Below are positions 1 through 9,199 of a stretch of 64,000 nt of DNA, one piece after another. The DNA lies in NCBI GenBank assembly GCA_963824995.1, contig CAWGRK010000009.1, forward strand, positions 109,934 to 173,933. The letters run 5' to 3'. The notes beneath the pieces are model-generated. The model saw only the letters and a list, made by a program, of their open reading frames with translations, did no database searches and was not told the DNA's origin. The position numbers and the translations under genes are program-made. The first letter of the stretch is position 1. The number at the start of each line of letters is the position of its first letter. The stretch comes from an uncultured Actinomycetes bacterium. GTDB taxonomy: Bacteria > Actinomycetota > Acidimicrobiia > Spongiisociales > DATADW01.

Positions 1-662
1 CTTCATGGCGGCACGTGATCTCCAACCTCGTGGCGTCGTGGCGTACCGCATCGCACTACCCCGGAGCGGTGCGATTCCTGGTGGGTCGGTTCTTCTACAC
101 CGATGCGATCAACACTCTGATCGGCGGATTCCTGGTGGTTTTCGCCCAGAAGGAGATCGGATTCGACGCAGGACAGGTACAGATGCTCACCGTCTTAGGG
201 ATCGCCAGCGCCATCGTCGGTGGCCTCGTAGCGGGCAGGTTGGTGGACCGCGTCGGCCCGAGGCTCATCCTCCACACCGTTCTGGCGGTGTGGATCGGGA
301 CCATGGTCGTCGGCATCGCGGCGGCCGCGGCCGACATGGTGGATCTGGGATGGGTAGTCGGAGTGGCCGGCGGGCTTGCCCTCGGTGCGACATGGGCTGC
401 CGACCGGGCCTACATGGCCCGGCTGACACCTCCCCATCTCTATGGCGAGTTCTACGGCCTATATGGCACCGTGGGCCGGTTCGCCACCATCCTCGGGCCG
501 CTGATGTGGGCGTTGGTGGTGGATGTCCTGGGGTGGGGTCGCCTCGCCGCCCTCGCCCTTTTGGCGGTGAACGTGCTTGTGGCGCGCATCGTCCTCCAAG
601 GGGTTCCCCGTCTCCCCGTCCACACCGGACTGCCTCCCGCCACAGTGGGGCGGACCGGGTGA
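1..662 (+). CDS. MFS-type transporter, C-terminal part (5' end outside window)
   Basis: The frame of ORF 15..662 is open to the window edge. It has serial hydrophobic helices (LIGGFLVVF, LGIASAIVGGLVAG, VVGVAGGLALG, LLAVNVLVA) typical of MFS permeases. Stop TGA 660-662 overlaps the next start. Confidence 0.65.
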   Translation, partial: SWRHVISNLVASWRTASHYPGAVRFLVGRFFYTDAINTLIGGFLVVFAQKEIGFDAGQVQMLTVLGIASAIVGGLVAGRLVDRVGPRLILHTVLAVWIGTMVVGIAAAAADMVDLGWVVGVAGGLALGATWAADRAYMARLTPPHLYGEFYGLYGTVGRFATILGPLMWALVVDVLGWGRLAALALLAVNVLVARIVLQGVPRLPVHTGLPPATVGRTG

Positions 663-1576
663 GGCTCGTCATCCTCGCCAACCCGGCCGCATCGGGATTC
701 AGTGGCGACGCGCTGCGTCGGGTGACGACGATTCTCCGCAGCCGCTACGAGGTCGAGGCCCTATGGCCGTCGGCGGCGGGAGGGATCGAGGCGACTGTGC
801 GAGAGGCGATAGACAATGGCGCCGACGTGGTGGCGGCGATGGGAGGAGACGGCGTCGTTCACCATGCCGCCGCCGCCCTGGTCGGGACGAACGCCACGAT
901 GGCCATCATTCCGGTGGGGACCACCAACGTCCTGGCGCGGATATTGGGCATCCCTGACGATCCCGTCAAAGCTGCCGAGGCGTTCACCTCGGACCCGCGG
1001 CGTATTGATCTCGCTGTCGCCCGGGTGTGTGGGAGCGGGGCGCTGGGCGAAGTCGCCACGATCGCCACCTTCTCGGCCGGGATCGGCCTCGACGCCGACA
1101 TCGTCCGACAGGCAGAAGCCGAGCCCTACCGGAAGTACCGGCTCGGAGGGCTGCACTATCTCCGCACCACCCTCCGCACCGCCCTCGGCTCATACGTGGG
1201 TCGGCCGGCATCGCTCCGGGTTGACGACGGAGAGCGGCGTGCCGACGGAGTCGCCGTTCTGGTCCAGGTCCACGAGCCCTACACCTATCTCGGGCCGGTC
1301 CCGTTGCGGATCGCGCCGCGCTCCCCCGCCTCGCTTGCCGTCCTCGTGCTCGAAGAACTCGCCACCGGTCGGATCGCCGAGATCCTGGCAAACGTCCTGG
1401 CCGGAAGACGGCTCGACAGGGTTCCGGGGATGACCGTTTGGACCGGCGTCGACCGACTCAACATCTCTGCCGAACCTGCGATGGCGGCGCAAACTGACGG
1501 CGAATCGCTCGGCCTGATCGATCGGGTCGAGGTCAGCTACTGCGAGCGAGCCCTGAAAATCCTCGTCCCGGCCTGA
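659..1576 (+). CDS. Diacylglycerol/lipid kinase catalytic-domain protein (YegS/BmrU-like)
   Basis: GTG at 659 overlaps the upstream stop (GTGA). The sequence VRLVILANPAASG...GGDGVVHHAAAAL...IIPVGTTNVLARILG matches the DAGK_cat GGDG/PxGTxN pattern. Only the C-terminal 306 aa of the 523-aa ORF look coding. Confidence 0.8.
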   Translation: MRLVILANPAASGFSGDALRRVTTILRSRYEVEALWPSAAGGIEATVREAIDNGADVVAAMGGDGVVHHAAAALVGTNATMAIIPVGTTNVLARILGIPDDPVKAAEAFTSDPRRIDLAVARVCGSGALGEVATIATFSAGIGLDADIVRQAEAEPYRKYRLGGLHYLRTTLRTALGSYVGRPASLRVDDGERRADGVAVLVQVHEPYTYLGPVPLRIAPRSPASLAVLVLEELATGRIAEILANVLAGRRLDRVPGMTVWTGVDRLNISAEPAMAAQTDGESLGLIDRVEVSYCERALKILVPA

Positions 1577-1577
1577 T

Positions 1578-2378
1578 TCAGGGAAGCTCGGGGGCGACCG
1601 GGCCTCGGTTGGCCAACGCCGAAACCTCATCGGGAGAGAGCACGCCCAACTCGGTGATCACCCCGTTTACCGCCTTTAGCGGCACCACTTCGGAAACACC
1701 CATCCGCCCCTGCAGCCTCGCCGCATCGTCGAACAGCGCCTTGGGAAGAACCTTGCCGGTGGAAGCCACGAGGTAGATCGGGACGCCACTGCGCCTCGCA
1801 GCGGTCGCCAGGTCGCCGGTGCCGACCTTGTTGATCGCCGATCCCGGGCCGAGCGCCTCCGCCCCGGCGAGCACCAGGTCCATCCCCCCGATCACCTCGG
1901 AAGCTGTCTCGTCGCCGAGGAGTTCGACCTGGAAGCCGGCAGATGCGAGTTCGGAGGCCATCTCGGCCCCCTCACCCGTGGGGAGCGCTTCGGTGCACGA
2001 GACGGTGAACCACCTCCCTCTGCTGCGTGCCTCATCGAGGACGGCGCGCACCGAGGTCGAGTGGGCGTGGACCAGCACCGTCCCGGCATCGGAGATCAGG
2101 TCGGCCCCGACCTTGGCGAGGCGGTCGCTGGCGTCGGCAATGTGCTCGACGTACTCGTCGAGCGCCGCGATCAGGCCGTCGATCCCGTCACCTGCCCTCA
2201 GATAGATGAGGTTCCGCAGGTTGGCGATTGGTGCCATGCCCTGGCGGCGGCGATTGAGCAGCTCGACGCCATCTAGCACGGCTTCCGGATAGGCCTCTGG
2301 TGCCAAGGCGGCCACCGTCTGGGCCAGGTCTCTGAGGGCACGCGCCGCATCGACCCCCACGGCGGCAGCGCTCTCCAT
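1578..2378 (-). CDS. eIF-2B alpha/beta/delta-related family protein (short form)
   Basis: VLVHAHSTSV...FTVSCTEALPTGEG...DLVLAGAEAL...INKVGTGDLATAARRSGVPIYLVASTGK follows the IF-2B/MtnA-family core. ATG chosen at 2378 (MESAAAV). Confidence 0.65.
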   Translation of the reverse strand: MESAAAVGVDAARALRDLAQTVAALAPEAYPEAVLDGVELLNRRRQGMAPIANLRNLIYLRAGDGIDGLIAALDEYVEHIADASDRLAKVGADLISDAGTVLVHAHSTSVRAVLDEARSRGRWFTVSCTEALPTGEGAEMASELASAGFQVELLGDETASEVIGGMDLVLAGAEALGPGSAINKVGTGDLATAARRSGVPIYLVASTGKVLPKALFDDAARLQGRMGVSEVVPLKAVNGVITELGVLSPDEVSALANRGPVAPELP

Positions 2379-2565
2379 CGGATCGTCCGCAACACGGACG
2401 ATCCGGCGCCATGCAACCCACTCACGCCACTCGGTCAAGAACCGCTCCCGCGGTCGACAACCCCGCCACTGGCGAGGCCGAATCAGGGTACCGCTTGACC
2501 GCAATACAGTCGGAAGTAGGGGCTACCACTTCCAACCGTCGCCGCTCTGCCACAATCGGGGAGCG

Positions 2566-4245
2566 ATGGGGACCACCGACCCGGCGGCCGGTTTAGGCCC
2601 CGCTCTCCACGATCTCGCCTCGAGGCTGGATGCTGTCAGCTTCGACCTTCCCACGCCCACCCAGGCCGAAGACAGGTCGGCGCGCGCCGACGTGCTGTGG
2701 TCGATCCGCGAGTACCTGTTGCCCCGTCTCGCCGACTGGGAAGCGCCGATCCTTGCGGTGGTGGTCGGATCCACGGGTAGTGGAAAGTCGACGATCGTCA
2801 ACTCTCTCGCCGGCCGGGCGGTCAGCGCGGTCGGGGTGCTGCGCCCTACCACGACAGCGCCGGTGGTCTGGTGCCACGAGGACAACGCAGATCGTTACCG
2901 CCACCGGTTGGTCGGCTCATTCGGCACGTCGGACGAGCGGCCGTTGCTGGTGGAGGTCTCCGACGATCCCCTGCTCGAACGTCTGACCGTGGTCGATGCG
3001 CCGGACTTCGACTCCGTCGAGGGCTGGCACCGCGAGATGGTCGAGGAGTTGATGGCCGCGGCTGACGTCGCCCTGTTCGTGGCGAGCGCCCAGAGGTACG
3101 CCGACGCCGTTCCATGGGAATTCCTCGAGCGCCTCCGTAGGCGCGACCTGACAACGGTCCTCGTGCTCAACCGGGTCACACCGCGGACTGAAGCCGTCTT
3201 CGACGACTACACCAGGATGCTGACGGCCGCCGGCCTCGTCGGTCCGGTGATCGTCATAGCCGAGCAGGCCATCGACCCCGCCACCACTGCACTCCCACCG
3301 GCTGCCGTTGCCCCCATCCGTGCCCGCCTCGAGGCAGTGTCCGCCACCGCCGGACGGGACGCCGCCTTGTCGCAGGCCATAGCGGGCACCACCAGTCAGG
3401 TCGGCAACGCCTCCATCGACGTGGCGGATCGGGTCGATCGACAGCGGGATACCGGCGCTCGGCTGACGGCGGCTGCCGCGGTTCCCTACCAAATCGAGGT
3501 GGACCGGCTTGCCCTCTCTTTGGCCGAGGGCACGCTCATTCGTGGCGAGGTCCTGGCCAGATGGGAGGAATTCGTAGGGACCGGTGAGCTGACCCGGGCC
3601 ATGGCATCGGGGGCTGTCCGGTTCCGCGAGTGGGCGCGCCGCGTGTTCGGCGGGCCGCCGGCGGTGGCGCAACTCGGCGCCGAGGCGGGATCCGAGTTGG
3701 TCGCCACGGTCACCCGACGCGCCGACGCCGCCGCCCGCTCGACGGCGGCAGCGTGGGAATCCGACGAGACCGGTCGAACGCTTCTCGCCGAGGTGCCCGA
3801 GGGCGCCCTGTGGAGGCACGATCCCCAGACCGAGGATGGGGCACGCCACGCCGTCGACGACTGGATGAGCGATGTCGTCAGGTTGGTGCAGAAGGAGGGT
3901 AAGGGCAGGAAGAGGCAGGCGCAGGCCGCCTCGTACGGGGTCAATGCCGCTGCTGTGGTGCTCCTTCTTACTGTTTTCGTCCATACCGCCGGCCTCACAG
4001 GCGCCGAGTTGGGAATCGCCGCCGGAGCCGCAGCAGCACAGCAGAAGATCCTCGAGCACATCTTCGGAAAGGCGGCGGCGCGGTCCCTCGTCGAGGAGGC
4101 GCGCCGCCGCCTGGCGGAGGGCGTAGGTGAGGTCATCGGGAAGGATGGCAAGAGATTCGCCACTTTGGTGGCGGACCGCATCGAAGGCTCTGATGTCGCC
4201 GCCGAATTGCGCGAGGGCGTCGCCCTCCTCGGGGTCGTGCGATGA
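2566..4245 (+). CDS. Dynamin-like / HSR1-type GTPase, paralog 1
   Basis: P-loop VVVGSTGSGKST, G3-like VVDAPDFDS, G4-like LVLNRVT. A long helical C-terminal region carries a hydrophobic paddle (NAAAVVLLLTVFVHTAGL). Stop overlaps the next start (ATGA 4242-4245). Confidence 0.7.
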   Translation: MGTTDPAAGLGPALHDLASRLDAVSFDLPTPTQAEDRSARADVLWSIREYLLPRLADWEAPILAVVVGSTGSGKSTIVNSLAGRAVSAVGVLRPTTTAPVVWCHEDNADRYRHRLVGSFGTSDERPLLVEVSDDPLLERLTVVDAPDFDSVEGWHREMVEELMAAADVALFVASAQRYADAVPWEFLERLRRRDLTTVLVLNRVTPRTEAVFDDYTRMLTAAGLVGPVIVIAEQAIDPATTALPPAAVAPIRARLEAVSATAGRDAALSQAIAGTTSQVGNASIDVADRVDRQRDTGARLTAAAAVPYQIEVDRLALSLAEGTLIRGEVLARWEEFVGTGELTRAMASGAVRFREWARRVFGGPPAVAQLGAEAGSELVATVTRRADAAARSTAAAWESDETGRTLLAEVPEGALWRHDPQTEDGARHAVDDWMSDVVRLVQKEGKGRKRQAQAASYGVNAAAVVLLLTVFVHTAGLTGAELGIAAGAAAAQQKILEHIFGKAAARSLVEEARRRLAEGVGEVIGKDGKRFATLVADRIEGSDVAAELREGVALLGVVR

Positions 4246-5852
4246 CCCCCGATCTCGACGCCGCGGTTGACATCCTCGACCGTGCCGTAGCCAGAGCCGC
4301 AGGGCTGGTCGACCCCGCTCTTATCGCAGCCGCCGCCGAGCGCACACAGATGATCCGACGGCGATCGGGGTTTATGGGCGAGACGGTTGTCGTCGCGCTG
4401 GCCGGCGGGACCGGCTCGGGAAAGTCGAGCATCTTGAACGCGCTGGCCGGAGCCAAAGTGGCACCGACCGGACCCATTCGGCCGACCACGGACCAGCCCC
4501 TGGCGCTTGTCCCCGCCAACCCCGAACCCGGCCTGGTCCGGTTGCTCGACGACCTCGGTATCGAGGAGCGGGTCGAACAGGAGAACATTGCCGCGGTTGC
4601 GGTACTCGATCTGCCCGACTTCGACTCGATCGACCCCGGTCATATGCTGTCGGTTCGGCGCCTCATCCCACGGGTGGACGCCGTCGCCTGGGTTCTCGAC
4701 CCGGAGAAATACGCCGACGCGGCCATCCACACAGCATGGCTCGCTCCGCTCGCCCGGTATAGCTCGACGTTCCTTTTCGTCCTCAACCAAGTGGACCGTC
4801 TGCCCGAGGGGATGCGGGAAGAGGTGATCGCCGACCTGTGCTCGCGGCTCATCACCGACGGGATCGAGGACCCAATTGTGCTCGCCACCGCTGCCGACCC
4901 AACGATCGGCGCGCCCCAGGGGATCGAAGAACTCCGGCGCCTGCTCGACGAACAGGTGGCAGGCAAGAAGACCGCCATCACCAAGTTGGTGGCGGACGTC
5001 AGGCGAACATCGGCAGAACTGGCCGAGATCACCGGGGTTACGTCGGGTGGGCTCGACTTGGATCACCGTTGGGCACTTTGCCGCGACCTCGCTGCGACCT
5101 CGCTGTCGGCGTCGATGGTGGACGTCAGCGTCACCGACGCCACTCAACGGGACGGCGTCCGCCTGGCTCTGGCCGGTGGGAGCGGACCGATCGGCCGGCT
5201 GGCACACCGCATCCGCCGCAGCGCCGCCGGACGGGCGCTGGGGGCGACAACCGGTGAGGCGGCGACCGAGGCGGGGAAGCGAGCGGCGGCAGGGGCCGGC
5301 TTGCCGTCGGCCGCCGTGCTCGTCGAGGAGTTCGTTGGCGACGTTTCCTTCGAAGCGGGAGGCGCCTTCGGCGAACACCTCCGCCGAGAGTTCTCTTCGC
5401 AGAGGGTTGAGGTGGAGTTGGAAGCCGCAGCCGACTCCACACGCACCCGGCATCGCTCGGGACCTGTGGTGGTCCGTTCCCGATGGTGGCCCGTCGCTGC
5501 GGTCATCCAGACCTTGCTCCTGGTGGTGCTCATCGGGGCGGCAGTGTGGGGGTGGGCCCAGCCGGAGGTGCTCCGACCGGGCAATTGGCCCTGGCCCTTG
5601 ATCGCCGCACTCGGCGTGGTTTTGGTGGGGTCTCTGGTTGCCTCGATGGTGAAATCATCCGGCCGGCGGGCCGGGCAGCGGGCGGCGGACCTCTACCGGA
5701 CCGAAGTCAGGACCGATCTCGCCGAGGAGACCGACCGCCGGATTGGTCAGCCCCTCCGCACCATCGCCCGGGACAGAGCCGAGCTTGCCGGCATGCTCGC
5801 CGAGTTGGGCCAGGCCACAGCCAAGGTTGAAGCACGATCAGCCAGCGGCTGA
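4242..5852 (+). CDS. Dynamin-like / HSR1-type GTPase, paralog 2, membrane-anchored
   Basis: P-loop LAGGTGSGKSS, VLDLPDFDS, FVLNQVDRL (NKxD-like). Two C-terminal TM helices (WWPVAAVIQTLLLVVLIGAAVWGW, WPLIAALGVVLVGSLVASMV). Confidence 0.7.
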   Translation: MTPDLDAAVDILDRAVARAAGLVDPALIAAAAERTQMIRRRSGFMGETVVVALAGGTGSGKSSILNALAGAKVAPTGPIRPTTDQPLALVPANPEPGLVRLLDDLGIEERVEQENIAAVAVLDLPDFDSIDPGHMLSVRRLIPRVDAVAWVLDPEKYADAAIHTAWLAPLARYSSTFLFVLNQVDRLPEGMREEVIADLCSRLITDGIEDPIVLATAADPTIGAPQGIEELRRLLDEQVAGKKTAITKLVADVRRTSAELAEITGVTSGGLDLDHRWALCRDLAATSLSASMVDVSVTDATQRDGVRLALAGGSGPIGRLAHRIRRSAAGRALGATTGEAATEAGKRAAAGAGLPSAAVLVEEFVGDVSFEAGGAFGEHLRREFSSQRVEVELEAAADSTRTRHRSGPVVVRSRWWPVAAVIQTLLLVVLIGAAVWGWAQPEVLRPGNWPWPLIAALGVVLVGSLVASMVKSSGRRAGQRAADLYRTEVRTDLAEETDRRIGQPLRTIARDRAELAGMLAELGQATAKVEARSASG

Positions 5853-5856
5853 TCGC

Positions 5857-5887
5857 CCAGACGGCGGACGGCAGACGGCGGTCAATC
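5857..5887 (-). repeat. Heptamer-repeat element copy E1 (GATTGACCGC CGTCTGC CGTCCGC CGTCTGG on minus strand)
   Basis: Read directly from the sequence. Same architecture as the copies at 19545, 45103, 59234 and 56814. Confidence 0.7.
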
Positions 5888-6091
5888 GCCGGGCTGTCGC
5901 CTCGTCGGGGAGTTCGGGACTTCCCAAAGGATTCTCTCCCCCCCGGGGACGGAACCTGCCCGCCTCCTCCCGGTGAGGGGAGGCGCGAGAGACGCGAGCG
6001 GAGGGCGTGACTCGCACCGTTGGGAGTTCGGAGCTCCCCCCTACCGCTGCTCGCGGCGGACCCTTCCCCGCTTCGGGGGACGGGGCGGAAG

Positions 6092-7351
6092 TCAGCCCAC
6101 CTCGCGGCGGGGAAGGTCGACCACGTCGGCCACGGGGGAACGGACAAGGTCGGCTGCCGCCTCGTCCACCAGGGCGAGGATCGATGACCGCAGGGCGCCC
6201 AAGCCGACCGAGACGCTGTCCACCGACTTCGCGACCTCGGTGAGGTGCCGACGGCTCGCACCGAGGTTGCTCGCCAATTCACGAATGGTGGCCAGCCGCC
6301 TGGCAAGAGCCTCGGCGTCGAAGGCATCGGGCGTCGGGGACGCGCTCCGCTCCGCCAACAGCGCCGCTACCCGGACCGCTGCCTCGAGCAGCGTCCCTTC
6401 GCCGTCGTCCACTACGAGCACCCTGTTGCCATAGATCCCAAACACCCCCACTTCCGCGGGGAAGGCATCGATGGCGGAGACGCACACTGCGGCATCGGCG
6501 CCGCGGTTCGCCATTGCGTCGTCGAGCTCGCGGAGGATGCCCTTGGGGCCATGGAGCGTCAATTTGCTGACGTTCTTCACTTCGACGACCAGCTTGCGCA
6601 TGTTGGGCAGCGTCATCACCACGTCGCCGACGATCGAGCCGGACCCGAGCTCACCGGGGGTCCGTCCCGTGTGCTCGATCACGCAACCGCCCATGAAGCG
6701 ACCCATTGCCCGGAGACGCTCTTCGATGACCTCTTCGAAGTCGAAACCCTTGCGCGTTCCCCGTGCCGCCTCGACCTCGGCGCCCTGCTTCCGGAGCAGG
6801 AGATCGCGTAGCTCGGTGAGCTTCTCGTCGAATATGGCGGCCATGGTGGCGAACCCGGATCCGTCGGCGGAAGGGTCGAGGGAACGCTTGAGAACACCCT
6901 CGAGCTTGCCGCCTGGCCCGAGGAGCTCATCGAGCTCAACCAGGAACTTGGAGGTGACGCTATCGCGGTGCCCCGGGTCGATGGCTTCGAGAAGACCGTC
7001 GCGGACCAGCCCGAACTCGGCGATCGCTCGGGCGGTGGCCGATGTCCGCTGCTCGGGGTCGAACGACCCGGACAACTCGGTCACGGCTCGCTCGAGGATC
7101 TTCTCCAACTGACGTCTGGCGTCGGCGGTGCCCTCAGCGACGCTCCGACGGACCCTATCGTCCACCTCGGCTAGGTCTACGCCGAGACCCATCGTCAGCA
7201 GACCGCGGGCCCCGACCGAGAGAGCTCTCTCGACCAACTCCACCCGCCGCTCCGGGGTCTGGTTGCGGAGGACGGAGCAGAGCAACGGGTCGCGCACCGT
7301 CATCTGCTCGATGCGGACCTCGCCGTCGGACAATTCCACCACAGCAACCAT
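6092..7351 (-). CDS. Hypothetical coiled-coil protein with C-terminal PD-(D/E)xK nuclease-like fold (DUF2130-like architecture)
   Basis: 419-aa ORF with a helical N-terminal two-thirds. The C-terminus reads KGFDFEEVIEERL...GDVVMTL...KLVVEVKN...RGADAAVCVS, a KGxxFE / D...E-x-K / RxA..avlV pattern seen in restriction-endonuclease-like families. The function is an inference. Confidence 0.55.
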   Translation of the reverse strand: MVAVVELSDGEVRIEQMTVRDPLLCSVLRNQTPERRVELVERALSVGARGLLTMGLGVDLAEVDDRVRRSVAEGTADARRQLEKILERAVTELSGSFDPEQRTSATARAIAEFGLVRDGLLEAIDPGHRDSVTSKFLVELDELLGPGGKLEGVLKRSLDPSADGSGFATMAAIFDEKLTELRDLLLRKQGAEVEAARGTRKGFDFEEVIEERLRAMGRFMGGCVIEHTGRTPGELGSGSIVGDVVMTLPNMRKLVVEVKNVSKLTLHGPKGILRELDDAMANRGADAAVCVSAIDAFPAEVGVFGIYGNRVLVVDDGEGTLLEAAVRVAALLAERSASPTPDAFDAEALARRLATIRELASNLGASRRHLTEVAKSVDSVSVGLGALRSSILALVDEAAADLVRSPVADVVDLPRREVG

Positions 7352-7407
7352 GCGCGCACTGTATCCGGGGGGTGTGACATCCCCGTGTCATGCCGAGAGC
7401 CCGCCTT

Positions 7408-8295
7408 TCAGAGCTCGGCGGCCAGAGCCTGGTCGAGCCGCTCGTGCCGGAACGAGAAACCGCTCGTGATCAGCCGCTCAGGCATCACCCGGGCGCTCGC
7501 CAGAACGAGCCCCTCGGCGAGATCGGAACCGAGAGCGAGACGAAGAGCGGAGGCCGGCACCGGTATGGCGCATGGCCGACGAAGCGCTGTGGCCAGTTGC
7601 CTGGTGAACTCGTCGTTCCTCACCGGGGAGGGAGACGTGAGGTTCACCGGCCCTTCCAGCCGGTCGGTCCCGATGCAATGTGCAATGGCCCGCGCCTCGT
7701 CGGTGAGCGATATCCAACTCCACCATTGGCGGCCCGACCCGAGCCGCCCACCCAGCCACATCCTGAACGGAATCAACAGACGCGACAGGGCACCGCCCTG
7801 TGATGTGAGGACCAGACCGGTGCGGATGTGAACGACCCGGATCCCGGCCTCCGCCGCCGGTTCCGCGGCCTCCTCCCATTTTCGCACCACATCCGAGAGG
7901 AAGCCGCTCCCAGAGGGGCTCGCTTCGGTGAGCGTCTCTTCTCCGCGGTCACCGTAGAACCCGATAGCCGAGGCGCTCACCAAGACGGCCGGCTTGGGAT
8001 CGAGACCGGCCAAGGTCGATGCGAGCAGCCGTGTCCCCTCCGACCTGCTCCGCAACACCCGCTCCCGCTTTCGGGCGGTGAGGGGCGGAGAGATCGGCTC
8101 TGCGGCGAGATGTACCACCGCATCTGTGCCTTCCAATCCGGCGGCGTCGATCGCCCCCTTGTCCGGATCCCAAGTGACGGTTTCTGGGCCAGGGGCGCCC
8201 CGCGTCAGGCGGATCACGTGGTCCCCTCGGCTCGCGAGCAGTCCTATCAGCGCTGTGCCGATCGGACCTCCCGCCCCGCTGACTGCCACCCGCAT
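7408..8295 (-). CDS. TIGR01777/YfcH-family NAD-dependent epimerase-like protein (DUF1731 C-terminus)
   Basis: MRVAVSGAGGPIGTAL Rossmann motif at ATG 8295. Further matches are AIGFYGDRG and WISLTDEARAI..GPVNLTSP. The upstream 127 codons of the long ORF look non-coding. Confidence 0.8.
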   Translation of the reverse strand: MRVAVSGAGGPIGTALIGLLASRGDHVIRLTRGAPGPETVTWDPDKGAIDAAGLEGTDAVVHLAAEPISPPLTARKRERVLRSRSEGTRLLASTLAGLDPKPAVLVSASAIGFYGDRGEETLTEASPSGSGFLSDVVRKWEEAAEPAAEAGIRVVHIRTGLVLTSQGGALSRLLIPFRMWLGGRLGSGRQWWSWISLTDEARAIAHCIGTDRLEGPVNLTSPSPVRNDEFTRQLATALRRPCAIPVPASALRLALGSDLAEGLVLASARVMPERLITSGFSFRHERLDQALAAEL

Positions 8296-8314
8296 CGATC
8301 CACCTCTCGACTCT

Positions 8315-9118
8315 CTACGGTGCCGGTGCGGCAATCGGATCGATTCCCACCGCGGCCATACCCTCCCCACACCCTTCGAGCAGCGGACAGTGCCGACACC
8401 AGGGCCCGCCACACAAATCGAGTTCGGTCCCAGATGCCCAAGCCGTCCTGAGCCGGGTGACCATCTCCGCAACCCTTCGAGCGACATCATCGAGATCGGC
8501 CCGTGACGGAACGGTCGAAAACCGCTCGCCAGTCCGCACCGAAACAGCCTCGAGCCGGCCCGGAAGGACTTCCTCCTGGAGCGCCCACAGGAGGGCATAG
8601 AACTGGAGTTGAACCAGCGGTTCGCCCAACTCCCCGGTCTTCCAGTCGACCAGACGGGGACCACCTTGGTCATCACCGAATACGGCGTCTACCTTGCCCA
8701 CGAGGTTGACCCCCTCGGCGGGTTCCGCCGCCAAGGCGACTTCGGCGCCGACGAAACCCTCGGTTGGAACCGAGCGGAATCGCTGGTAGAGCGCCTGCAC
8801 CTCGTCGATGAGCGGGCGGAGGACGCTTGGCTTTCCGAAACCGAGCCCGGCCATCTTCATGTTGAGCGGCGAAGAGCCGATCTCCTCGCGGCAGGCTTGA
8901 TGGAAGTCATCGGGTTCTATCGACCCCTGAACGAGATGCCGCGCAAAAACCCGGTGGGCGAGCCCACCCGAGAACGAGGCCCTGCTGTCGGGTCCGTAGT
9001 TGCCGCGCAGCCGGGCCTCCGCCGATGCTGGGCACTTCTCATAAGTGACGAAGGTCGTCGCCGAGATCCGGAGAGGGTCCCCGGCCGGCACCGGGGGGAA
9101 TTCGATCACGGCGGGCAT
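8315..9118 (-). CDS. PD-(D/E)XK nuclease family protein, RecB/Cas4-like with Cys cluster
   Basis: GKVDAVF...LVDWKTG...QLQFYALL (D / D-x-K / QxxxY), plus N-terminal YEKCP and C-terminal CGGPWCRHCPLLEGC, consistent with an Fe-S Cas4/AddB-type nuclease domain. ATG 9118 (MPAVIEF). Confidence 0.75.
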   Translation of the reverse strand: MPAVIEFPPVPAGDPLRISATTFVTYEKCPASAEARLRGNYGPDSRASFSGGLAHRVFARHLVQGSIEPDDFHQACREEIGSSPLNMKMAGLGFGKPSVLRPLIDEVQALYQRFRSVPTEGFVGAEVALAAEPAEGVNLVGKVDAVFGDDQGGPRLVDWKTGELGEPLVQLQFYALLWALQEEVLPGRLEAVSVRTGERFSTVPSRADLDDVARRVAEMVTRLRTAWASGTELDLCGGPWCRHCPLLEGCGEGMAAVGIDPIAAPAP

Positions 9119-9199
9119 CGTATCCAGCGATGGATTCCGCCCTGAGGACTGCAGACCTCTACACTCCGCGCTCGTTTCCCGGAGAGCCACCGCTGGTAC

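Noticed and set aside
5-1576. Single 523-aa ORF spanning the window start.
   Set aside because: Only its last 306 codons (from GTG 659) look like a protein, the DAG-kinase fold. The first part is out of frame over the MFS transporter gene.
3486-5453. Very long antisense or out-of-frame ORFs. Examples: 3486..5453 minus (655 aa), 2917..4059 minus, 34271..35248 minus, 39428..40156 minus, 59452..60663 minus, 50774..51961 plus, 51623..52912 minus.
   Set aside because: They are Arg/Pro/Gly-rich and low in complexity, with no motifs. They fully overlap genes that have strong family signatures. These are the typical shadow ORFs of high-GC DNA, where stop codons are rare.
5900-6045. 6C-type sRNA (runs of 6 or more C), here and at 28060-28165.
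   Set aside because: C-runs exist, but several sit in stems rather than loops, and I cannot reproduce the two-hairpin 6C architecture by eye. This needs a covariance-model scan.
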